Source: Macrostomum lignano (taxonomy: Eukaryota). Taken from it: a stretch of DNA of 64,000 nt. Of the stretch, positions 1 through 9,657 are shown piece by piece. The notes under the pieces were generated by a model that did not search any database, was not told the DNA's origin, and saw only the letters and a list, made by a program, of their open reading frames with translations. Both the position numbers and the translations under genes were made by a program. How positions within the stretch are numbered: the stretch's first letter is position 1; the number at the start of each line of letters is the position of its first letter. The stretch spans positions 1 to 64,000 of the forward strand of contig NIVC01003984.1 in assembly GCA_002269645.1 (NCBI GenBank). The letters run 5' to 3'.

Positions 1-35
1 TGCGCATGTGAAAATGGTACGCAATTAATAATATT

Positions 36-333
36 AATAAAAAAAATAGTATCACCTGCCCCAATGGCAGATGTGCAACCGACAGCTAAGCCGCAGCTAT
101 TGCGCGGCGCATCTGAAGGCTGCGTACGGCTGTTCAGTCCAAGGACTGGGGATCGCCCACCCACAACCCCCAATTACCCAGCTAATGCTGGCACCCATTT
201 TACAGTTGGGTGAACTGAAACAGTGCAAAGTTAAGTGTCTTGCTTCGGACATAAATTGTTCCAGTGGATTGGAATCGAACCCCCGACCTTCAAGTCGTGA
301 ATCCGACGCTTTAACCACTAGGCTACAACCCCC
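36..333 (-). mobile_element. tRNA-derived SINE (family 1)
   Basis: Minus-strand head GGGGTTGTAGCCTAGTGGTTAAAGCG...GGTTCGATTCC has Pol III A box (315-325) and B box (271-281), but the cloverleaf stems are broken. A ~220 nt body follows and ends in a T-run (36-46). Confidence 0.6.
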
Positions 334-576
334 TAGTACGAGTACACAAATTGAAACATAAATAAGACATACGAGTATGAAAATTGAAAATAAAACTTTG
401 AGTTCCAACTAATCTGTGTTGGATACTTTACATTGCGTAACAGCTATCAGTCCCTTAATTGCTTAGTCAGTCGAGCAGTTATTAGCTCTTGTTGGGGGGG
501 GGGGGGAAGCACGAGCATCGTAGTGGAGTGAGTTGCTTGATGAGTTGCATTTGAATGAGTTTCATGCCCCTGAAGT

Positions 577-1656
577 TTAGATTAAGCCGCCGGTAATTAT
601 TCGATCCCCAGCCGCCGCCGTACTGATTCGAGTTCCTCTCGCGTCCCTCCCTGTGTAATAGACTTCATCGTCGTCCTGTCCTCTATCTGGCCGTTTCGAC
701 TGCCGCTGCTGCTGCTGCTGCTGCTGCTGGCCTCGGCCGTTTCTGCCCGTTCGGCCATTGTTGTACCGTTTGTCGTACTGGGTCCAATCGGCCACCTCGT
801 TGGCGTGGTGGGCGGTGTGGTACACCACCCCGGAGGCGACTAGGGCTGCGACTTGCACTATGATTGGGATAAAGTAGCACCCGACCGATAGTGAGATGAC
901 ACTGTACACAGAGGTTGTCAATGTGCTGTAGCAACCCACAGCGTAAGAATATCCTTGATTGTAGGGGCACAGTTGGTTCTGCATGTAGTTTCGATAATTC
1001 AGCCAGTCGCTATTGTTAATCATTGTCTGCACATTGTTGTACATGCAACAGGCGGCTGGGATGCTGGCTGTGAGGCTGGTACCGTTGCCCAATGCATAAG
1101 AGCGATAGCCGTTGTACCAGACGCTGGCGTATGTCAAGTAGTTATTAGTGAAGTCCGTGTTGGAGTTGATGCCGCAGCATTTATTTTCCAGCATCAGCTT
1201 GTCAAAGATCAACGAATTTGGTTCGTTATGCGTGTAGCTGTAGGGCAAACCGACATAGTCGTCTTTCATGGAGTTTTCCAACGCCGTCTGCAAAGTAGTC
1301 TTTGTTGTAGGCCAACCAGCCAGAACCGTGATAGTCATTGGCAGTTCAACGAGCAGCAGGATGCACATGTAAACTATGAAAGCTATTAGAAATGACTTCG
1401 ATGGTCGGCAAGTTGCCGCCATGCAGATTGGAAGAGCGAAGACGCTGGCTAAACCGCACGGCACCAGAGTGAAACCCGGTTGCAGCCCGAACAGGTTGCT
1501 CCCCTGGCTGTTGTAGTACAGACTGTTCGCGTAGCCCAGCAGAGTGCTGGTGTCGGCCAGGCACCAGATGCCAACTCCCGCGAAGGCGAGGCCGAGAACG
1601 GCGAAAGCCCATGCCAGACCGACAAGGACTTTCTCTTCAGTGTCCAGAGTTCGCAT
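577..1656 (-). CDS. Tetraspanin-family protein, intronless, 359 aa
   Basis: Three N-terminal hydrophobic helices, then a large extracellular loop with CCG (NKCCGIN), PAACC, a further Cys and GC. TM4 and an ~80 aa cytoplasmic tail with polyQ follow. Confidence 0.85.
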   Translation of the reverse strand: MRTLDTEEKVLVGLAWAFAVLGLAFAGVGIWCLADTSTLLGYANSLYYNSQGSNLFGLQPGFTLVPCGLASVFALPICMAATCRPSKSFLIAFIVYMCILLLVELPMTITVLAGWPTTKTTLQTALENSMKDDYVGLPYSYTHNEPNSLIFDKLMLENKCCGINSNTDFTNNYLTYASVWYNGYRSYALGNGTSLTASIPAACCMYNNVQTMINNSDWLNYRNYMQNQLCPYNQGYSYAVGCYSTLTTSVYSVISLSVGCYFIPIIVQVAALVASGVVYHTAHHANEVADWTQYDKRYNNGRTGRNGRGQQQQQQQQRQSKRPDRGQDDDEVYYTGRDARGTRISTAAAGDRIITGGLI

Positions 1657-2367
1657 TTTTGCGATCCGACTGCAGTTATACGTTAAAACTATTTGGCTGT
1701 CTCAGTTGGACGCGCTTACTAAATACAGCTCGATGTGTTGGCCTTTTCTCTTCTGTTTGTGTTCGTCAGTTGCCCTTGGAACCCGGAGAGCTGAGTGTTG
1801 GGGAGGCGGGGGGCACAGAGGGAGGGTGCGTGCGTAAGAGCCTGACACTTTGGGCTTCATATTCAATTGAAATTCACAGCGTGGAGACTGAATAGATTTA
1901 GATGAAGAATTAAAATGAGCCAAGGGAAGGGGTTAGAGAGAGGGAGAGGTTTTTGTGTGCTGTGCTGCTCTGTGCACACAACACTTGCTGTTGCTAACGG
2001 GCGGGGGGGGGCTAAAAGACTCAGGCAAGATCGAGAGTGCGTCCATTCCTCTCAACTTTTGTGCATACGAGTATACATCTACATGTATGTTTATGCACTA
2101 TGAAATAGTACGTCCGCTCAAAATGCCAATTCAAATGAGCAATGATATCACACGAAGGATTTACACACCTTGCAATGTATTATGTACAAGACAGCTCGTC
2201 ACACAAAAAATGGGTGTGTACATCGTTATTTAGCAAACTTCTTGAAGACATACAAAGTTGATTTTGTGAGAGAAATATCTGTGAATCAACCTTGGGGAAA
2301 AACATTCTCTCTGCAAGCGTCTTTTGAAAATATGGAATCTCGTGGGAAAAATAATTGTCAACTTCAG

Positions 2368-2893
2368 GGGGGTGTTTCTCGAAACTCACGTAAGTTCTAT
2401 GGTAAGTTAGATCGTAAGAAAGAAATTTACGTGTAGCGTAAGTTTGCTCGTAAGACGCTTTCTCAAAACTCACTGAGACTTTGCGTGGCTTACGCTGTTC
2501 GTAAGTCGTATCTGAAACGAAAAGTTTCATGTCTATGGTCATAAATATGTAAATATCTTTACTTAGTCTATCGTAAGTTGCTTTCGAGAAAGACCCACCT
2601 TCGATAAAGTTTAACTTGACTTGGCTTGACTAAAGCTTCACGTACTATGCGATTAGTGCTTAAGTGCGTCTTACGACTGATACCGAGCAGTCGTAGGGTT
2701 AAGATCAACCTTACGAAAGACCATAGACATACGAACGTTTCGAGAAACAGTCTTTTGAGCAAAGTTACGAACTCGTAAAGTTGCGATCAATCTTACGCAT
2801 AGCTAACTTGCGAGCCCTTTGAGCAACCCGTAAGTGTAGCTTACCCAACTTACGTCTATGGTCGATCGTAAGTTGCTTTCGAGAAAGACCCCC
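2368..2893. mobile_element. PIF/Harbinger-type MITE, 526 bp
   Basis: TIRs GGGGGTGTTTCTCGAAA / TTTCGAGAAAGACCCCC (16/17 match) are flanked by a CAG direct repeat (2365-2367, 2894-2896). The interior is full of CTTACG/CGTAAG motifs. Confidence 0.7.
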
Positions 2894-3347
2894 CAGAGAA
2901 TTTTCAGAGAAAACCGGCCTTAAGTGAAGCCTAATGCTTGATCCGTTGAATAGTTCTCTGAAAACTATTTCACAAGCACTGCAACTGCAACTTTGTCTTT
3001 CGATTGCCCGACACGAAAGTCCCGAGCGCGCAATTTCACGTCTTGCAGGAAATCTTTCGCTTTCGCTGAAACCACCTTGGCAGTCAGGAAGTAAACAAAA
3101 GAATTTTAAATTCACTTCACGCCGACAAAGCCAAATCAGAAATCCTTAAAATTAATCCTTAGATAACCGACAAAGCCTGCGTGATTAAACTGCGAAATGA
3201 ATAAAGCCGGAAATCTCTTTGTAACTTTCAAAAGGCATTCCAAGGCGCGTTCCAAAAGGCATATATAAACTTAGCTGCACCATGACTTGACGAATAACCG
3301 CCCCCCCCCCAAGAATCAGCGTCGAAAAATTGCTGAATAAAACTAAA

Positions 3348-3575
3348 ATGGCTTTGAGACAGATTTACCAAAGCGTTCTGCTTGTTGTTTCACTCATGGC
3401 TATCGCTCTCGCTTTCAATGTCGGTGTGATCGACGCAAGGCCTAGGACCGCTCCCGATGACGCCGCCACTACTGTTGAAGATTTGCCGAAGTATGGCGCG
3501 TTCCAAGACCAGGACTCCTACCAACTGCCGTCGTATTGCAAAATACTCTGGGCTCAAGGAGGAAGCGAAGCTTAG
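3348..3575 (+). CDS. Candidate small secreted protein, 75 aa
   Basis: Start context AAAATG and a signal-peptide-like N-terminus (LLVVSLMAIALAFNVGVIDA|RP). TATATAAA lies at 3262-3269 and AATAAA at 3667-3672. No recognisable family. Confidence 0.45.
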   Translation: MALRQIYQSVLLVVSLMAIALAFNVGVIDARPRTAPDDAATTVEDLPKYGAFQDQDSYQLPSYCKILWAQGGSEA

Positions 3576-5682
3576 ATTGACGCTGCGGAGGCTGATGCAG
3601 CGGTTTCGAATGCATGAACTGGGGCGCGCGATGATGATCTCACTTGCTAAACTACTAGCTAATTGCAATAAAAATCATAGGCAATGATCGCAAATTTTTG
3701 CGAAACTGTTTGACGCACTTGTTTACGATCAATATGTTAACAGTTGCTTTTTTGCTTATTTGTTTTTAACTGCATTCATTCCAAAATGTGTGATTAGGAA
3801 ATTTTCTGCGTTTTGAATTTTCTGAACATCAGATCATGCAGAGTGGTCCCAAGTTTTAAAAATCTGGACTGGAGTGAAACCTAAAAAACCCTTCTTGCAA
3901 GGACGAACGCACACAGTGATGCGGTCTAAGCTCTCCACCAAACCTATAGGAAGCCCCGACGCTCCAAAAACACATAATTTTGACCTCGAATTGACAGCAA
4001 TTATAATTCAGATAGATAGCTAGAGCTATGCTATAGAATTGCGAAGAACAAGAATACAGAAGACGCTTCGATTTCTTGAGTTGCCTTGTTGACACTGGAT
4101 CGATTTAATGCAAAAGCACAGATTTGTCACCGACGTTAGATAAACGTCGGATCGGGAATGTCGGCCGGACGTCGGATTGCTGTACGGAGGCCCCAAATCC
4201 ATCTCCGGCCCTACATGTAGCTCGATCTTAGCTCCGCCCCCGGCCATAACCATAAGTTTTTGGGAAAAATGGCTGGGTCAAGTTGGTTAATGGCCAGCAG
4301 CTCTGTACTTGCCTGAATAATTATAGCCCTTCACATCCTGTACAGCAATTCGACGTCGGATCTCCCTTCTATCAAAAGCAAAAACATTTTTATCTGGAAA
4401 AAAAATCACCCTATTGATGGGTTTCGACCTTTCAGGCCCCTTGTGAGGAAGCCTTCGGTCCTCAGGTCTCAGAAATAAATCAATTAGAGTCCTGGCCCCC
4501 CACTCCTGTCAGATGGTCAGCCCCATGGTAGCTTGATCGTGTGGCGAGCAGTCTAGGTCCTATAGCTAAGAGAGGGACAGCGAGAGACAAGCAGGGAGAA
4601 TTTTGAAGGTAGAAATTAGCTAATCCGCAGACTAAGCTAACTCGCTGCCACCAGCCCGTGCGTCCTGGCTCACCACACCGGGACTCTCGAAATCGGGCTT
4701 CCGACTAGAAGGGGCTTTGCACTTACCTGCCAACTAGTGTCTTTTTGCTGTCAATCTCGAAGTCATAGCCGATAATAAGGGACACTGCTGGGATTAGATC
4801 GCATTGGCCATGCAGGTACAGAGGGGACTTGTGCAGGGGATTCTTGCAGTGGCGAGTCTATGGGGTAGCTACATGTACTATCACATTGCTAAATACGAAG
4901 ATATGTACTTTTGGCCTTCAACGCGCCAACTAGCCTCTCATAGCGCTGATGATAGACTAACTCGAACTTCAGAGACCGCATGATTCATTACCCGAGCCGC
5001 TTGGCTAACCTAGAGTGCACAAAGTACATCTCTGGCGCCGATTCTGCACTTCTGGCAGTTTTGCTCACTGATTTGATTGATTAATCGACTGAGAACTGCC
5101 TGGCCATTGGTCCACTGTGACCCGCGCCTACTAGCTTAGCTACTCATCTGAGCCATCGGCGAACAAAGAAATAAAACCGATAAAAATAACTATTAGATTT
5201 AACCTTCTCCTTATATCTCTTCACACCTCAGATTGAATTGGAGTTTCAGACTACTAGCAGTATTATTAAGTGATTTCTGCCTCAGTAACAGCACTACTGA
5301 ACAAAATGAGCAAAAGTGTGCGCCTAGTTCAGCTACTGAAACAGGGGACAGATAAGGGATCACCCAATCAAGCAAGTCTAGGTAGCCTCTCACCCAACCA
5401 ATCAGAAACTCAACAGCCGGAGACAAGGTAATCCACAGTGACCGAATCGGCTTGATGCTTCGCAGCTGTAGACTCGGGATGATGCTGTCACGATCTTCGC
5501 TGATAGCTAGCAGGTGATGATCTTTGCTTGATGTTCGCTGCTGTCGACCGGGGGACTCGTCCTTGATGATGATGGGGGAAGTCGCAATCCGGGGATCAAG
5601 AAACGACGGTCGTGCTCCGGGAACCAGAAGTTGCGCGCTGGGCCCGAGCCAAAGTTGAGTCCGAGCGGGCCAAAAACTCCGG

Positions 5683-5813
5683 TTTAAATAGCCGCCAACT
5701 GGACCGCAGTTTGTTATAATGGAACACGTCGATTCTGATTGGCTGAGCCGTTTTGTTAAAATGAGCGCCGAATTTTCTGATTGGCTAAGCTTGTTGCTAC
5801 CCAGAATCACGTG
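5683..5813 (-). promoter_or_regulatory. Putative Pol II promoter: E-box, two CCAAT boxes, TATA variant
   Basis: CACGTG at 5808-5813, GCCAATCAG on the minus strand at 5777-5785 and 5735-5743, and TATTTAAA at 5683-5690, all oriented toward lower coordinates. Confidence 0.4.
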
Positions 5814-8731
5814 ACCGAGAGATCCTATCAGTTCCCACAGGGTCGTAAAAAGATGACAGGTGCGGCCATAAATTACTCAAAATCGCAACAAAATGATTTA
5901 TGACCTTTCGCGTAGGTTTGACAGAAATTAATGAAAAAATATACAAGAAAGCTCTTATTAAATAGAAAGTGAAGATAATGAAGAGAAAACGCTAATTGCT
6001 AATCCCAAAGTACTTTTAGGGGTAAAACGCATAGCTGTCAAAGCTGTCACACGCTTGAGTGAATCCGAACAATAGGCTCAGACCTCATTGATGGCCTGTC
6101 AAAATGATGAGAAAAAAAGCTACCGCCCGCATCCTCTCAGACCATCTGGCGCCCGTCTCAACACTGAGTGAGGCGCGGGTGGCTGTCAGACCAGCTTCGA
6201 AAGCGATGATTTATGACCCCAAAAGCAATGCCTATGTTATTATGACTACTAGTATGACCAGACATTATATTTAGTATAGATTTTGACAATTCGCAGAGAA
6301 AGGATAAAAATGCCCATCGCCCACTGTTAGTAGGCTAGTAAGTTTAGAGCCCATGTGCTAGCGCGGGATTTGGGAAAAGTGCGTCCTCATCACTATATTT
6401 TTCGGTATAAAACGGTACTTCGGTATTAAAGTTTTCCAAGAAACGTACATGTAGTTTCCGTCCTTGTACTTCACTAGTAGTCCTTGAATAGCGTACAATT
6501 AATGTGCATAGATCTGTCTGTCGAACTCTAGAAGCATATACAATATTTATTGCTTTGTATTGCCAACCCAATACTCGTACAGTAGTATATAAAAATCCAC
6601 TATACTAACAATGGCACACCTCAATTGCAGTGTTTTGTTTTTTTTAATATTTAATTTAAGCATTGACTGGAGAAAAATTTAAATGGTACTAGTGTAGCAT
6701 AATTAGAATGGTACACTTATTAGTAGTAAGAGTAGCATATATTTCGTTAAGAAAAGAAAAATTCAAGTCGTTTTCTTCAGGATATACATGTACATGTACA
6801 GTAGCATCATCATAAATATATATTTTTTTGTCATGATGGACATATTTGGCTATTAATATCTTTAATATTTTTACTGCTAACTGTAAACAACTGCAGTAGG
6901 GGTTACAAATAAAATACATTGGTATCTTCTGAGGAATTCAACAATGATGATGCTGATGCTTGAAGAGTCCTACTATAGCATATGGCATAATCCAATGTAT
7001 GATTACATAACTACTACAGATGCACATAGGTCGGTATGCATATTAACGACATGTATGTCCTAAACATGTAAGTGTATGTGGGAGCTTTTAACAGCTTCAC
7101 CAACATGTGACAGCATCAGCCACTGTTCAATGCTTTTATCTGTGGATAAGTAGACTGGTATATGTGCTTGGCTGGGGACCTGGGAATTCTCAGGGGATAG
7201 GGGACGTGGCTGGGGATGTGAGAACTGGCAATGGATAGACCTAGGATAGTGGCTGGGGATATGGTATAAGTTCAGATGGACTGAAAAGACTTAAAAAAGC
7301 AGACACTTAGCGTAGATTCGAAGAATTGATGAAAAAGTCTGCAGTCAACTTTTACACAGATACAAATATAAAACAGCATACACACAAGAATGTATTTAGA
7401 AATTCACGTGCGCACTTTATTGTTTGGACAGAGCAAAAATAGCCAATAAGTAGGTCATACAACGTCCAAAAAAATCTGTTGAAAGTACTCCATCTGAAAA
7501 AATATAAAATTTGTAGTTGTAGTTATTTGCGTAGAAATCTTAACTTTTGAATGGTTTCAAGTCGCATGTTTACACATACTACTTACTGTGGGACAATAAA
7601 AAACTAGAGTGCAGCGCGAGAACTCCTAGTATCAATGTACATCGAATGTACACCCGGGAATTGGCATTAGTTTGGAGAGCGCGAACTAAGAGAAACTATA
7701 ATTAAAATAATTAAGATAACGATTGCTACTTTAGAAGGCGAACAAGACACAAAGCATAACAACTTAATGTTGTTTCAGTTATTGGAAAATAACGCAAGCG
7801 TAACGCAACGTAGTGCCAATGTTTTACAAATACAAAAGAATAGAAGATTAAAATAGATACAAACAACGGATACTGCTTCTGCTTGCAACAAGATAAAATC
7901 ATTCCATTTATGGTGCTGATAAGCTTAATAAAAATATGAAGCTAAGGTGACGCACTTATTGAACTGTCTAATATATTAATATATTGTTTTTTATCCAGCC
8001 ACCGATATGTATCGATAGCAAACTTTGTCCAAGACAAAAATAATATAATGGTTGAGAGTCTAGCATCACAATGGGGTCAAGCGTTAATTAATTAGTTAGT
8101 TAATCAACCGGATTAAGTAATAACAGAGCCAGTTATAGTTTGCAGGTGAATCTAGGTGAACGGTTGCTTGTTTAAGTCGATTTCGGTAGATCGTAGGCTC
8201 TGCAAGAATTCGCGACATAACCATAAATATAGTTTACTGCATTCTGTTGTACTCTTAGTTGACAGTGGACAGTAGAAGAAGCGATGGACAGAAGGGCGGC
8301 AGGAGCACTGGGATTAGAGATTATCTGTCTTCCCCGAGGGCTTGAGCATGAGTCTGAGCAAAAGGAAATCAGAGAATTAACAAGATCGCGATGCAGGTGA
8401 TCGGGCTTCAGTCAGTCTGATATATCAGGAAATCAGGATCAGATTATAAGATAAGAAGCCTCAGCCGAGAAAGGATTAAGGGTTGAACGGGATTTGCCTT
8501 GGATTTCATTTTATTATAACTTTTGCAGTACATATCGTAGGAGTACAGTGGCTTTCTGAGTTAGAGCTGGCGGGCACATTAGCTTTCATTGCAACGGAAA
8601 ATTTGTCAGACAAGTCGACTAGAGAAACTTCGAGACAGCCCATCGCAGTGAAGTACATGGTGTCAGACAAAGCTTTACTTTAATTGGACTCTATTCTGGC
8701 GCTTAAGGTTGGTAAGCCCTTTTCGTTACAG

Positions 8732-9509
8732 TAGGGGTCGGCAAACTCTCTGGCCTCAAGCCTCTCTATCCGGCCCTCAGGCCCTCAGGTCACTTGAAAC
8801 TTCCCAATATCAATCTGGGCCGCTCAATTCTTGCGTCTCCTCTCAACTATCTCATCTATAATCTCATATTCCTCTCTTCCCTTCTCTCCTCTCGTGTCTC
8901 TCCTCTTCTCTCTCTTCCTCTCCTCTCCTCTCCCTTGTCTTCCTCTCCTCTCCTCTCCCTTCTCTTTCTCTCCTCTCCTCTGCCTTCTCTTCCTCTCCTC
9001 TCGTCTCCCTTCTCTTCCTCTCCTCTCCTCTCCTTTCTCTTCCTCTCCTCTCCTCTCCCTTCTCTTCCTCTCCTCTCCCTTCTCTTCCTCTCCTCTCCCT
9101 TCTCTTCCTCTCCTCTCCCTTCTCTTCCTCTCCTCTCCCTTCTCTTCCTCTCCTCTCCCTTCTCTTCCTCTCCTCTCCCTTCTCTTCCTCTCCTCTCCCT
9201 TCTCTTCCTCTCCTCTCCCTTCTCTTCCTCTCCTCTCCATTCTCTTACTCTTCTCTCCATTCTCTTCCTCTCCTCTCCCTTCTCTTCCTCTCCTCTCCAT
9301 TCTCTTACTCTTCTCTCCATTCTCTTCCTCTCCTCTCCCTTCTCTTCCTCTCCTCTCCATTCTCTTACTCCTCTCTCCATTCTCTTCCTCTCCTCTCCCT
9401 TCTCTTCCTCTCCTTTTCTTTTATTTTGTCTTTGCTGTCTTCTGGCCCGCAGTCATGCGCTAGATTGTCGATCTTACCCTTCTGGAGATAAAAAGTTCAC
9501 CAACCGTTG
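8732..9509. mobile_element. Decayed hAT (Charlie-like) non-autonomous element with internal CT satellite
   Basis: Left end TAGGGGTCGGCAAAC, degenerate right end AGTTCACCAACCGTTG. The 8-bp flanks CGTTACAG / AATTACAC are a partial match. The first ~70 bp are homologous to 21618-21690. Confidence 0.5.
8840..9420. repeat. CT-rich satellite (TCTCTTCCTCTCCTCTCCCT-like units)
   Basis: Direct reading of the tandem pyrimidine units. Confidence 0.95.
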
Positions 9510-9657
9510 AATTACACCATCAGTCTGACACGGAATGAACGAGACTTTTAGATACGAATGATACTATCCAGAGCCCCAGACTGATCTAGGTAAAATAAGA
9601 ATCTAATATAAGTTCTAACTGGCGTAAGAATTGACAAGTGAACAAGTTCCGGGTATC

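Noticed and set aside
261-333. Functional tRNA genes here and at 26197-26267
   Set aside because: Acceptor, anticodon and T stems do not pair properly. They are better explained as SINE heads.
4168-4357. 20-bp inverted repeat GACGTCGGATTGCTGTAC...GTACAGCAATTCGACGTC
   Set aside because: It may be a MITE remnant, but no TSD or family signature was found, so the support is too weak to call.
5211-5810. 199-aa minus-strand ORF
   Set aside because: It has a non-ATG start inside the promoter motifs, reads through a predicted intron, and has no recognisable homology.
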